From: an uncultured Gemmatimonadales bacterium
GTDB taxonomy: Bacteria > Gemmatimonadota > Gemmatimonadetes > Gemmatimonadales > Gemmatimonadaceae
Length of the DNA: 64,000 bases
NCBI GenBank assembly: GCA_963851265.1
Contig: CAWKNZ010000008.1
Location: 96,001-160,000, forward strand
Reading direction: 5' to 3'
Under the pieces are notes generated by a model. That model saw only the letters and a list, made by a program, of their open reading frames with translations, made no database searches and was not told the origin of the DNA. The translations under genes and the position numbers were made by a program. How positions within the stretch are numbered: position 1 is the stretch's first letter; each line of letters begins with the position of its first letter. This document shows positions 1 to 8,577 of the stretch, one piece after another.

Positions 1-1
1 G

Positions 2-187
2 TTCGAGCAGGTGTTCGTCGACAACATCCAGTGGTCGGGCTCGTCGGGCGGCGACGACACGCCCACGGAGTCGGTGTCCTTCTCGTTCGGCAAGGTCAAG
101 GTCACCAATTACGCGCAGGACAAGGCCGGCAAGGTGGGCAACGGCGTCGAGGGCAAGTGGGACCTGCGCACGCTCACGGCGACCTGA
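2..187 (+). CDS. hcp: T6SS tube protein Hcp, C-terminal part (5' end outside the window)
   Basis: Manual translation of frame 2: FEQVFVDNIQWSGSSGGDDTPTESVSFSFGKVKVTNYAQDKAGKVGNGVEGKWDLRTLTAT*. This matches the Hcp C-terminus (P-x-E-S-V-S-F-x-F ... W-D-L). T6SS genes follow. Confidence 0.85.
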   Translation, partial: FEQVFVDNIQWSGSSGGDDTPTESVSFSFGKVKVTNYAQDKAGKVGNGVEGKWDLRTLTAT

Positions 188-228
188 GCCCGAGCGTGTC
201 CGCCGCCCCCGCCTCGGCCGCGCGTCCG

Positions 229-930
229 ATGTCCGCGCGTGCACTCTACGACGCCGGCCAGCTCGAGGCGGCGGCGGCCCTGCTCGGCGCCGAGCTCCGG
301 CACCACCCGCTCGACGCCGGGCGCCGCACCTTCCTCTTCGAGCTGCTCGCCTTCGCCGGCGAGTACGACCGCGCCGGCAGGCAGCTCGACGTCCTCGCCT
401 CCGCCGGCGGTCCGGCGGAGGCGGGGACGCTGGTCTACCGCGCCGCGCTCGAGGCCGAGCGCGTGCGTGAGCACATGTTCGCGACCGGCGACTTTCCCGC
501 GGGCGAGGCGCCCGGGCCGGTGGCCGGCACGCTCAACGGCCGGGCGTTCGCCGAGATCGCCGACGCCGACCCGCGGGTCGGCGCCCGGCTCGAGGTGTTC
601 GCGGGCGGGCGCTACCTGTGGCTTCCGTTCGCCCACCTCGCGTCCCTCCGCGTGGACGCGCCCGCGCGCCTGCGCGACCTGCGCTGGGCGCCCGCGCGCC
701 TGGCCACCGGGCCCAGCGTGCGCGACCTCGAGCTCGGCGAGGTGCTGCTCCCCGCGCTCACGCCCGCGGCGTGGCGCCACGCCGACGCCGAAGTGCGGCT
801 GGGGCGCGCGACCGACTGGGACGAGCTCCCGGGCGGCGAATGGGCGCCCGCGGGGCAGAAGCTCCTGCGCGTCGACGGCGAGCTGGTGCCGCTCGTCGAC
901 GTGCGCGAGCTGACGGTCGCGACCGCCTAA
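229..930 (+). CDS. tagJ: T6SS accessory protein TagJ (ImpE/SciE family)
   Basis: RTFLFELLAFAGEYDRA, DADPRVGARLE, YLWLPF and LRDLRWAP motifs. ATG at 229 lies within ORF 31..930. Confidence 0.85.
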   Translation: MSARALYDAGQLEAAAALLGAELRHHPLDAGRRTFLFELLAFAGEYDRAGRQLDVLASAGGPAEAGTLVYRAALEAERVREHMFATGDFPAGEAPGPVAGTLNGRAFAEIADADPRVGARLEVFAGGRYLWLPFAHLASLRVDAPARLRDLRWAPARLATGPSVRDLELGEVLLPALTPAAWRHADAEVRLGRATDWDELPGGEWAPAGQKLLRVDGELVPLVDVRELTVATA

Positions 931-954
931 CGTCCGCCGAACGGCTCCACCCAC

Positions 955-2910
955 GTGGCCGACGCCGAGCTGCTCGCCGCGGTCCTCGCGCCCGTCCCCG
1001 GCCCCGCGCCGGCCGGGCGCGACCTGCGCTACGACCCGCGCTACGACGCCCTGCGCGAGGCGAGGCGCGAGGACGCCGACCTGCCCCAGGGCGGGCTCGC
1101 CGTCGAGCGCAAGCTCGCCGACTGGCCGCGCGTCGCGAAGGACGCCGCGACGCTCCTCGCGACCGCGTCCAAGGACCTCCAGATCGCCGCGTGGCTCACC
1201 GAGGCGCTGCTGCGGCGCGACGGGCTGCGCGGGCTCGAGACGGGCCTTATCGCGTTAGGCGGGCTACTCGACGCGTTCTGGGACGGGCTGTACCCCGAGC
1301 TGGACGACGGCGACGCGGAGCTGCGGCTCGGGCCGCTCGACTGGGTCGGGGCGCGGCTCGACCTCGCCGTGCGGCAGAGCGCGGTGGCGCGCGACGGCCT
1401 CTCGCTGCTCGCCCACGAGGTGTCGCGCAGCGTGCCCACCGAGGAGGCCGCGCGGGACGACAAGGAGAAGGCCACCGCGCGCGAGGCGGCGCTCGCCGAA
1501 GGAAAGCCCTCCCCCGAGGCGGCGGACGCCTCGGTCGCGGCGACGCCCAAGGCGTTCTACAAGGAGCTGGTCGCGGCGGGTGGGGGCGTCACGGCCGCGC
1601 TCGACACACTGGAGCGCGCGGGCGAGGCCCGATTCGGCGGCGACCCGCCGAGCTACCGCGGGCTGCGTCTGGCGCTGGCGGACCTGCAGCGCTTTGCGGC
1701 GGCGACGCTCGCGCGCAAGCTCGAGCAGGACCCCGATCCGGTCGAGCCGCTCGCGCCGGTGGACGTCGGTACCTACGCGCCCCCCTCCGCAGCCGACGCG
1801 AGCGGGACGCTGGCCGCCGAGCCCGCGAGCGCCGCGGACGCGGCGGCGCGCGTGGCGGGGGCGGCCCGCTTCCTCCGCCAGCAGGACCCGACCGCGCCCG
1901 CCTCGTACCTGCTGCTGCGCGGGCTGCGCTGGGGCGAGCTGCGCGGCAACGACGGCGCCGGCGCGAACGGCGCCGGCGCGAACGGCGCCGGCGCCCCCGA
2001 CCCGCGGCTTCTCGAGGCGCCGCCGACGGCGGTGCGGACGCGGCTCAAGGGACTGCTGCTCGACGCGCGGTGGCCCGAGCTGCTGGAGCAGGGCGAACTC
2101 GTGATGGCCACCCCGGCCGGGCGCGGCTGGCTCGACCTGCAACGCTACGCGCTCACCGCCTGCGCCCGGCTCGGCGCGCCGTACGACGCGGTGGCCACGG
2201 CCGTGAGCAGCGAACTCGCCACCCTCCTCACCGCCGTGCCGGGGCTGCCGGCGATGACCCTCATGGACGACACGCCGACGGCCAACGACGAGACGCGACG
2301 CTGGCTGGACGCGCTGCTGGACGGCGGCGCGGCACAGCACGGCGCCGAACACCCGGACGCCGACGGGGGGGAGGACGCCCGCCTCCCGGACGGCAGCGAC
2401 GCACTCCTTATCGCGCTCGACGCGGAGATGGACGGCGACGCGCTCGCCGCCACGGCCCGCGGTGGCGCGGCGCGGCGCTCGACGGGGGGCCACGCCGCCC
2501 ACCACGTCGGCGCGCAGGGCGACGCGCGCGTCGCGGCCGACGCGTTCGCGCTCGCGCGCCTCGAACTCGCCCGCGGGCGCCCCAACCGCGCCGTCGAACT
2601 CCTCGTGGCGGAGCTCGACCGCGAGCGCTCGGCGCGGGGGCGCTTCGTGCGGCAGACGCAGGTCGCGCAGGTGATGGTCGAGGCGGGATTCGAGGCGGTC
2701 GCGCGCCCGATCCTCCAGCGCCTCGTGCAGACGATCGACGAGCGCACACTCGAGGACTGGGAGTCCGGGCCGCTCGTCGCGCAGCCGATGGTGCTCATGT
2801 GCCGCGTGATCGACCGGCTCGAGCTCGACGCGGACGAGCGCGAACAGCTCTACCTGCGGGTGTGCCGGCTCGACCCGCTGCAGGCGCTCGCGCTGCGGCG
2901 CGACGCCTAA
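955..2910 (+). CDS. tssA: T6SS protein TssA (ImpA N-terminal domain)
   Basis: N-terminal P-x-G-x-D-L-R-Y ... DW ... SKDLQIAAWLTEAL ... FWDGLYP (ImpA_N); C-terminal RGWLDLQRY and LEDWE. Confidence 0.9.
   Translation: MADAELLAAVLAPVPGPAPAGRDLRYDPRYDALREARREDADLPQGGLAVERKLADWPRVAKDAATLLATASKDLQIAAWLTEALLRRDGLRGLETGLIALGGLLDAFWDGLYPELDDGDAELRLGPLDWVGARLDLAVRQSAVARDGLSLLAHEVSRSVPTEEAARDDKEKATAREAALAEGKPSPEAADASVAATPKAFYKELVAAGGGVTAALDTLERAGEARFGGDPPSYRGLRLALADLQRFAAATLARKLEQDPDPVEPLAPVDVGTYAPPSAADASGTLAAEPASAADAAARVAGAARFLRQQDPTAPASYLLLRGLRWGELRGNDGAGANGAGANGAGAPDPRLLEAPPTAVRTRLKGLLLDARWPELLEQGELVMATPAGRGWLDLQRYALTACARLGAPYDAVATAVSSELATLLTAVPGLPAMTLMDDTPTANDETRRWLDALLDGGAAQHGAEHPDADGGEDARLPDGSDALLIALDAEMDGDALAATARGGAARRSTGGHAAHHVGAQGDARVAADAFALARLELARGRPNRAVELLVAELDRERSARGRFVRQTQVAQVMVEAGFEAVARPILQRLVQTIDERTLEDWESGPLVAQPMVLMCRVIDRLELDADEREQLYLRVCRLDPLQALALRRDA
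1954..1995 (+). repeat. 15-bp in-frame tandem repeat (GAGAN) inside tssA
   Basis: About 2.8 copies of ggcgccggcgcgaac. Confidence 0.7.
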
Positions 2911-2930
2911 CGCCTGACCTCCCGCGCCCC

Positions 2931-3449
2931 GTGCCCCGCACCGAGCTCGAGCGCGCCGTCCGGCAGTCGCTCCTGGACCGGCTGACCGACGACGAGCCGC
3001 GCACGCCGGCCGACCCGCCGGAGACGCGCGAGGGGTCGGCCGCGCGCTACCGCGCGTCGGTGCTGCGCGACGTCGAGTGGCTGCTGAACACGCGCCGGAC
3101 GCCGGTGCCGGTGGCGCCCGCGCTGGCCGAACTCGGGCGTTCGGTGTTCGCCTACGGGCTGCCCGACACCACCGGCGCCGCGCTCGGGACCCCGCAGGGG
3201 CGCGAGCGGCTGGTCCGCTGGGTGGAGGAGACGGTCACCACGTTCGAGCCACGGCTCTCGGGCGCGCGCGTGACCCTCGCGGCGGCGGACCAGCTCCGGT
3301 CGCCGCAGGTGCACTTCGTCCTGACCGCGACGCTGCGCATGGATCCGAGCCCCGAGCGGGTCGTCTTCGACACGGTGCTGGACCTGGCGAGCGGCGGGTA
3401 CGCGGTGCGCGACGCGGTGACCCGCGACGCAGCGGAGGCGTCGCCGTGA
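2931..3449 (+). CDS. tssE: T6SS baseplate subunit TssE (gp25-like)
   Basis: C-terminal part of ORF 618..3449: SLLDRL ... VLRDVEWLLNTR ... YGLPD ... FEPRL. GTG start at 2931. Confidence 0.9.
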   Translation: MPRTELERAVRQSLLDRLTDDEPRTPADPPETREGSAARYRASVLRDVEWLLNTRRTPVPVAPALAELGRSVFAYGLPDTTGAALGTPQGRERLVRWVEETVTTFEPRLSGARVTLAAADQLRSPQVHFVLTATLRMDPSPERVVFDTVLDLASGGYAVRDAVTRDAAEASP

Positions 3450-5320
3450 GCACGGACGCGGCGGGCGGCGGCGGGGCGCAGGGCGACCTGCTGCTCTACT
3501 ACGAGCGCGAGCTGACCTACCTGCGCCGGCTCGGCGCGGAATTCGGGGCGAAGTACCCCAAGATCGCGGCGCGCCTCCAGCTCGAGCCCGGCAAGTGCGA
3601 CGACCCGCACGTCGAGCGGCTCCTCGAAGGCGTCGCGTTCCTCAACGCGCGGTTGCACCACCGGCTCGACGACGACCTGCCCGAGCTCTCGGGCGCGCTG
3701 CTCGACGCGCTGTACCCGCTCCACGTGCGGCCCGTGCCGTCGCTGTCGGTGGTCGAGTTGGCGCTCGACCCGGAGCTCGGCGCCCTGCCCGGCGGGCACC
3801 GCGTGCCGCGCGGTGCGGAGCTACGCTCGCGCCCCGCGCACGCGGTACCGTGCCGCTTTCGCACGTGCTACGACACCGTACTCTGGCCGGCCGCCGTCGC
3901 CGCGGCCGAGTGGACGGGCCCCGAGCGCGCCGGCCCCGGGGTGCCGCTCGCCGACGCGGTCGGCGCGCTCCGCATCGAGTTGCGCGCCTTCGCGGGGCTG
4001 CGGCTGGCGCAGGTGGAGCTCGACAGCCTGCGACTGCACCTGGCCGGCGACCCGGCGGTGGCCGACACGCTCTACGAGCTGCTGTCGAGCAACGTGGCGC
4101 GCGTCGCGGTGCGCGACCCCGACCAGCCGGCACGCACGCCGACGTTGTTAGGCCCCGACGCGGTGCGCCCCGTGGGGTTCGCCGACGACGAGGCCCTGCT
4201 GCCGCTGCCGCGGCGCACGCTCGCCGCGCACCGGCTCCTGCAGGAGCTGTTCGTACTGCCACAGAAGTTCCACTTCATCGATCTCGCCGGCGTCGGCGCG
4301 GCGTTGCGCGCGCTCGGGTGCGGCCCGCGGGCGGAGCTCGTCGTGCTCGTCACGCCGTTCGAGCGGGCCGAGCGGCGCGCGGCGCTCGAGCTCGGGGTCG
4401 ACGCGGGTGCGGTCCGCCTCGGCTGCACGCCGGTGGTCAACCTGTTCGCCCAGACGGCCGAGCCGATCTTGCTGACCGAGCGGCAGCTCGAGTACCCGGT
4501 GGTCCCCGACGCGCGGCGCCGGCTCGAGATCGAGGCGTGGTCGATCGACGAGGTGGTCTCGCTGACGCCCGGCGAGGGCGACGCGCGGCCCGTGGCGCCG
4601 CTCTACGGCGTACACCGCGGCGGCGCGGCCGACCGGGGGATGGTCTACTGGCACGCCGCGCGGCGGCCGAGCGGGTGGCGTACTGACCGGTCGAGCGAGC
4701 TGTTCCTCTCGTTCGCCGACGCGGGCGGCGCGGCGCGCGCGCCCGACGCGGAGGTGGTCTCGTGCACGCTCACCTGCTGCAACGGCGACCTGCCGAGTCG
4801 GCTGCCGTTCGGGGCGGACGAGCGCGGCGACTTCGAGCTCGCGGCCGGCGGGCCGGTGCGCAGCGTGCGGTGCCTGGTGAAGCCGACCGCCGTGATCGAG
4901 CCACCGTTAGGCACGTCGCTACTCTGGCGCCTCACGTCCGCGCTCACGCTCAACCACCTCTCGCTCGTCGAGGGCGGGCGCGACGCGCTGCGCGAGCTGC
5001 TGCGGCTACACAACGCGGGCGACCGCCCCGCGGGCGAGCGGCAGATCCGGGGGCTGGCGGACGTGCGCAGCGCGCCGGCCTACGCGCGGGTGGCGAGCGA
5101 GTACGGCGTCGCCTTCGCGCGCGGGCGGCGGGTCGAGCTGGAGTTCGACGAGGAGCACTTCCCGGGCGGCGGGGCGTTCCTCTTCGCGAGCGTGCTCGAG
5201 CGCTTCCTCGCGCTCTCGGCGTCGATGAACAGCTTCACGCAGGTTGAGGCGCGGAGCCGGCAGCGGCGGCGTCCGGTAGGCGCGTGGGCGCCGAGGGCGG
5301 GGTGGCGGCCGCTGGTGTAG
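3446..5320 (+). CDS. tssF: T6SS baseplate subunit TssF
   Basis: LLYYERELTYLRRLGAEF...YPKIA...DPHVERLLEGVAFL; LGCTPVVNLF; C-terminal FLFASVLERFL...NSFTQ. GTG start overlaps the tssE stop. Confidence 0.95.
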   Translation: MSTDAAGGGGAQGDLLLYYERELTYLRRLGAEFGAKYPKIAARLQLEPGKCDDPHVERLLEGVAFLNARLHHRLDDDLPELSGALLDALYPLHVRPVPSLSVVELALDPELGALPGGHRVPRGAELRSRPAHAVPCRFRTCYDTVLWPAAVAAAEWTGPERAGPGVPLADAVGALRIELRAFAGLRLAQVELDSLRLHLAGDPAVADTLYELLSSNVARVAVRDPDQPARTPTLLGPDAVRPVGFADDEALLPLPRRTLAAHRLLQELFVLPQKFHFIDLAGVGAALRALGCGPRAELVVLVTPFERAERRAALELGVDAGAVRLGCTPVVNLFAQTAEPILLTERQLEYPVVPDARRRLEIEAWSIDEVVSLTPGEGDARPVAPLYGVHRGGAADRGMVYWHAARRPSGWRTDRSSELFLSFADAGGAARAPDAEVVSCTLTCCNGDLPSRLPFGADERGDFELAAGGPVRSVRCLVKPTAVIEPPLGTSLLWRLTSALTLNHLSLVEGGRDALRELLRLHNAGDRPAGERQIRGLADVRSAPAYARVASEYGVAFARGRRVELEFDEEHFPGGGAFLFASVLERFLALSASMNSFTQVEARSRQRRRPVGAWAPRAGWRPLV

Positions 5321-6399
5321 AGGCGCGCGAGGACGCGCGCGTGGGTGCGTTGGACCCTGCCCCGCCGGCGGCACCGCCGGCCGAGGCGCGCGGCGCGGCG
5401 CCGCCGCACCGCCTCTGGGCGGAGCCGACGGGCTTCGCCGCGTTCCAGGCCGTGCGGCTGTTAGGCCGCATGCAGCCCGGACGGGCCCCGGTGGGCGGCT
5501 GGGCCGACCCGGCGCGCGAGGTGGTGCGCTTCGCCGTGCCGCCCACGCTCGCCTTCCCGAGCGCGGAGGTGCTCGCGCTCGACCCGGGTGCGCCTAACTC
5601 GGACGGCGGCGACGGGCCGCCGCGGCTCGCGGTCGCGTTCTTCGGGCTGGTGGGGCCGCAAGGCGTGCTGCCGCAGGCGTACACGCAGCACGCCGGGGCG
5701 CGGGCCCGCGCACGCGACCCGGCGTTCCGCGACTTCGTCGACCTCTTCCAGCACCGGGCGCTCTCGCTCTTCTACCGCACGTGGACGCAGTCCAAGCCGG
5801 TGTTGGGGCACGAGGCGGGCGCGCGCGACTGGCTCCTCGACCACCTGCTCGACGTCGCGGGGCTGGGCACCGCGGGGTTGCGCGGCCGGCTCGCGGTCCC
5901 CGACGCGGCGCTCGGCTACTACGCGGGGCTCCTCGCGACGGCGGGCCGCCCCGCGGAAGGCCTCGCGCGGCTCGTCGGCGACTACTTCGGCGTGCCGGCC
6001 GCGGTCGAGCAGTTCGTCGGCGAGTGGCGGCCGGTAGGCGGCGACGGGCAGTGCGCGCTCGGCACGGACGACGACGGGGCTCGGCTCGGGCTCGGGGTGT
6101 TGGGCGACGAGGCATGGGACCCCGAGGCGCGCGTTCGGCTGCGACTCGGGCCGCTGTCGCGCGCCGATTTCGACGGGTTCCTGCCCGGCGGGGCGGCGCA
6201 CGCGGCCCTGCGGGACCTTGCGGGCGTGTACGCGGACGCGCAGGTAGGCGTCGACGCGCAGCTGGTTCTCGACCGTGCGGCGGTGGCGCCGGTGGTGCTG
6301 GGCGACGACGCGGAGCCGCCTACGTTAGGCCGCGGAATGTGGCTGGTCAGCCGGCCGCTGAGGCGGGACCCGGATGAGACGACGTTCGCGCTGTGTTAG
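5284..6399 (+). CDS. tssG: T6SS baseplate subunit TssG
   Basis: FQAVRLL, LAFP, FFGLVGPQGVLP, FRDFVDLFQHR, EQFVGEW, FLPGG motifs; overlaps the end of tssF. Confidence 0.92.
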   Translation: MGAEGGVAAAGVEAREDARVGALDPAPPAAPPAEARGAAPPHRLWAEPTGFAAFQAVRLLGRMQPGRAPVGGWADPAREVVRFAVPPTLAFPSAEVLALDPGAPNSDGGDGPPRLAVAFFGLVGPQGVLPQAYTQHAGARARARDPAFRDFVDLFQHRALSLFYRTWTQSKPVLGHEAGARDWLLDHLLDVAGLGTAGLRGRLAVPDAALGYYAGLLATAGRPAEGLARLVGDYFGVPAAVEQFVGEWRPVGGDGQCALGTDDDGARLGLGVLGDEAWDPEARVRLRLGPLSRADFDGFLPGGAAHAALRDLAGVYADAQVGVDAQLVLDRAAVAPVVLGDDAEPPTLGRGMWLVSRPLRRDPDETTFALC

Positions 6400-6434
6400 C
6401 GACACTCCTTTAGGACCGGCCTGGTTCTTAGCAG

Positions 6435-6917
6435 TCAGCGAACGAACAGTGGATTGTCCGTGAGGGTCTGGGTCAGCTGGCCGAGGTACGTGTCGAATGG
6501 GTACGCGGTCGGCGCGACGGAGGTGAGCGGGTCGTCGACGAAGAGGGTTCCGGCGTCGGTATCGATGCCCACCACGATCACGACGTGGCCGTTGAACGAG
6601 TTACCCCACGTGCCGGAGTAGACGATCGGCCCGCGCTGCGACAGCGTGCTGTACACGCCTGCGGCAGTGGGCGTCATCTCGATCGACTTGAAGCCACACC
6701 GCGCGGCCCACAGGGGCCACTCGGCCCACGATGGGTTACCGCCGCCAGTGAACCGTGTCTGCATGTCAGGGAACGTCTCGGGTCCACGCAGATCCGCTAA
6801 CGACCCCCCGGCGCGGTTTTCGAAGTACCGTACTTCCATCTGCAGGCCCGTGTACCAGCATGCTCGGGGGTTGAGCTGATGTTGGTGAGTCACTCCGGAA
6901 ATTCGGATGCTTGGCAT
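6435..6917 (-). CDS. Papain-like cysteine protease family protein (C39/C70-like)
   Basis: Q..ACWY (catalytic Cys), GHVVIVVG (His), VDDP (Asp). Lower GC than the flanks. Confidence 0.7.
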   Translation of the reverse strand: MPSIRISGVTHQHQLNPRACWYTGLQMEVRYFENRAGGSLADLRGPETFPDMQTRFTGGGNPSWAEWPLWAARCGFKSIEMTPTAAGVYSTLSQRGPIVYSGTWGNSFNGHVVIVVGIDTDAGTLFVDDPLTSVAPTAYPFDTYLGQLTQTLTDNPLFVR

Positions 6918-7032
6918 GCCGTGTTCTCCTGATTTGTCCGTATTGTGTGGTCGTATCGCTACCTGCCACGGCCCTGACTCACGTAGTTGCCCGCGCCGGC
7001 GGGAAGCACGGTGGATCCATTCCTTGCCTCGT

Positions 7033-8046
7033 CTACGGGCTGCTCACGGATTGGAGTGGGGCCACCCACTCGCCCCGCCCTACCTCTCCCTCTTCGACGA
7101 CCGCCAGGAACGCCCGCCGCAGCGGCCGCCCATGCGCCGCCCGCTCCGCGTACGCCTCGCGCAGCTCCGTTAGGCCGTCGCACTCGTAACGGTTGCACGT
7201 GTCCGACCGCAGCGCGCGCGGCAGCGCGCACCCTCCCGGGGTGTGGTACACGCACGACCCGTCCAGCGACGCCGCGGGCAGGTGCGCCGCGTACGCCGCC
7301 GCGGCCGCGCGCACCCCCGCCCCCGGGTGCTCGGCGAACCACCGCCGCAGTGTGTCCGCCGTGAGGTAGGCCCGCTCGCCGCCCATGCGGCAGCAGCGGC
7401 CGCCGCACGCCGCGCAGGCCGCGCCGACGAACGGCGCCTCGCCGGCGGCTGGGGGCGCCGGAGGCGCGCCCGGCGGGGATGCGCCCGGCGGGGGTGCGGA
7501 GGCGCGGGTGTCGAACGCGAGGCGCGCGACCCGGCGCACGTGCGCGCGGAACGCGCGCCCCCGACGCCGCGGCAGGCGCACCGGCGGCGGCGGGCGCGGC
7601 GGGATGAACATCGGAAAGCCGCACGGGTCGGCCGACGGCAGCAGCACCACCGGCGCCTCCGCACGCGCGTCGGGCCCGACGCGCGCGTCCGCGTCGCGGA
7701 GCGCCCGCGCCGCCGCGCCGAGCCGCACGGATGCCTCCGCGGCGATCGCGGCGCGCTGGCGGGCGTGCTCGCGCCCGAGTGTGGCGGCGCGGCACTCCGG
7801 CGTGCCGCAACGCCCCGCGGCGCGCGCCGATGGCGTGTCGACCGCCCGGCCGCACTCGGCGCACGTGACGAGGGCCGGGGCCGTCATGGCGCGGCGTCGG
7901 CACGCCGAGCGGCCGCAGACCGCCACCGCGCACCGCTCCCCCCGCAGGCTGGCGGGCATGGAGAGCGGCGGGGCGCCCGGGGGCACCGGCGCGGCGCAGA
8001 CCGCGCAGGGGGCGCTGCGGGGCGGCGCGTGCGGGGCAGCAAACAT
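7033..8046 (-). CDS. Cys-rich protein with a YkgJ-like CxxCxxCC Fe-S/zinc domain
   Basis: CAACGGRCC ... CVYHTPGGC ... RSDTCNRYEC, plus N-terminal CxxC pairs. GAGGAG RBS before ATG at 8046. Confidence 0.55.
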   Translation of the reverse strand: MFAAPHAPPRSAPCAVCAAPVPPGAPPLSMPASLRGERCAVAVCGRSACRRRAMTAPALVTCAECGRAVDTPSARAAGRCGTPECRAATLGREHARQRAAIAAEASVRLGAAARALRDADARVGPDARAEAPVVLLPSADPCGFPMFIPPRPPPPVRLPRRRGRAFRAHVRRVARLAFDTRASAPPPGASPPGAPPAPPAAGEAPFVGAACAACGGRCCRMGGERAYLTADTLRRWFAEHPGAGVRAAAAAYAAHLPAASLDGSCVYHTPGGCALPRALRSDTCNRYECDGLTELREAYAERAAHGRPLRRAFLAVVEEGEVGRGEWVAPLQSVSSP

Positions 8047-8183
8047 GGGCCTCCTCGGAAAGGGCACGTCCCGCGGCACGGCCGGCCGGGGAGCACGCGC
8101 CGTCTCGCTATCTCGTCTCGCTATACCGATTCGCGACGCCGGGCGCGTCGCCCGCGATCCGCCCTTCCGGGGCCCACGGCGCC

Positions 8184-8474
8184 GTGATGCCGCCCGTACA
8201 GGGGCTCGGGCGCTTCCACCACTCGGTGTTCGCGCGATTCCGCTTCGCGCAGAACCTGGTGCCAGCCTCGAAGATCCTCGGCGCGCAGGTCGGCGTGCAG
8301 CTGTCGCTGGATCTCATCAAGCACCACCTGACGGGATTCCGCAAACACGCGGTGGGCGGGTGCACAACGCTGCACGACAGCGCGGGCCCGGCCGGCCAGT
8401 CCGTGTTCGGCCAGCAGGGCACGCTGGAGTTGACGTACCGGTTCGAGCTCTGGCAGCCGGGCCAGGGACGCTGA
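8184..8474 (+). CDS. Hypothetical small protein
   Basis: 96-aa ORF with coding-like codon usage and a non-shadow composition, directly upstream of clpV. Confidence 0.5.
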   Translation: MMPPVQGLGRFHHSVFARFRFAQNLVPASKILGAQVGVQLSLDLIKHHLTGFRKHAVGGCTTLHDSAGPAGQSVFGQQGTLELTYRFELWQPGQGR

Positions 8475-8577
8475 GCGCGGGCGGCACCGGCGGGGGGTGT
8501 GATCGGCGCCGCCCCGCTCTCCGGAATTAGCTCACGCCCGCCGCACGCGCCCCCGCTCCCGCCGCACCCCACGCCGC

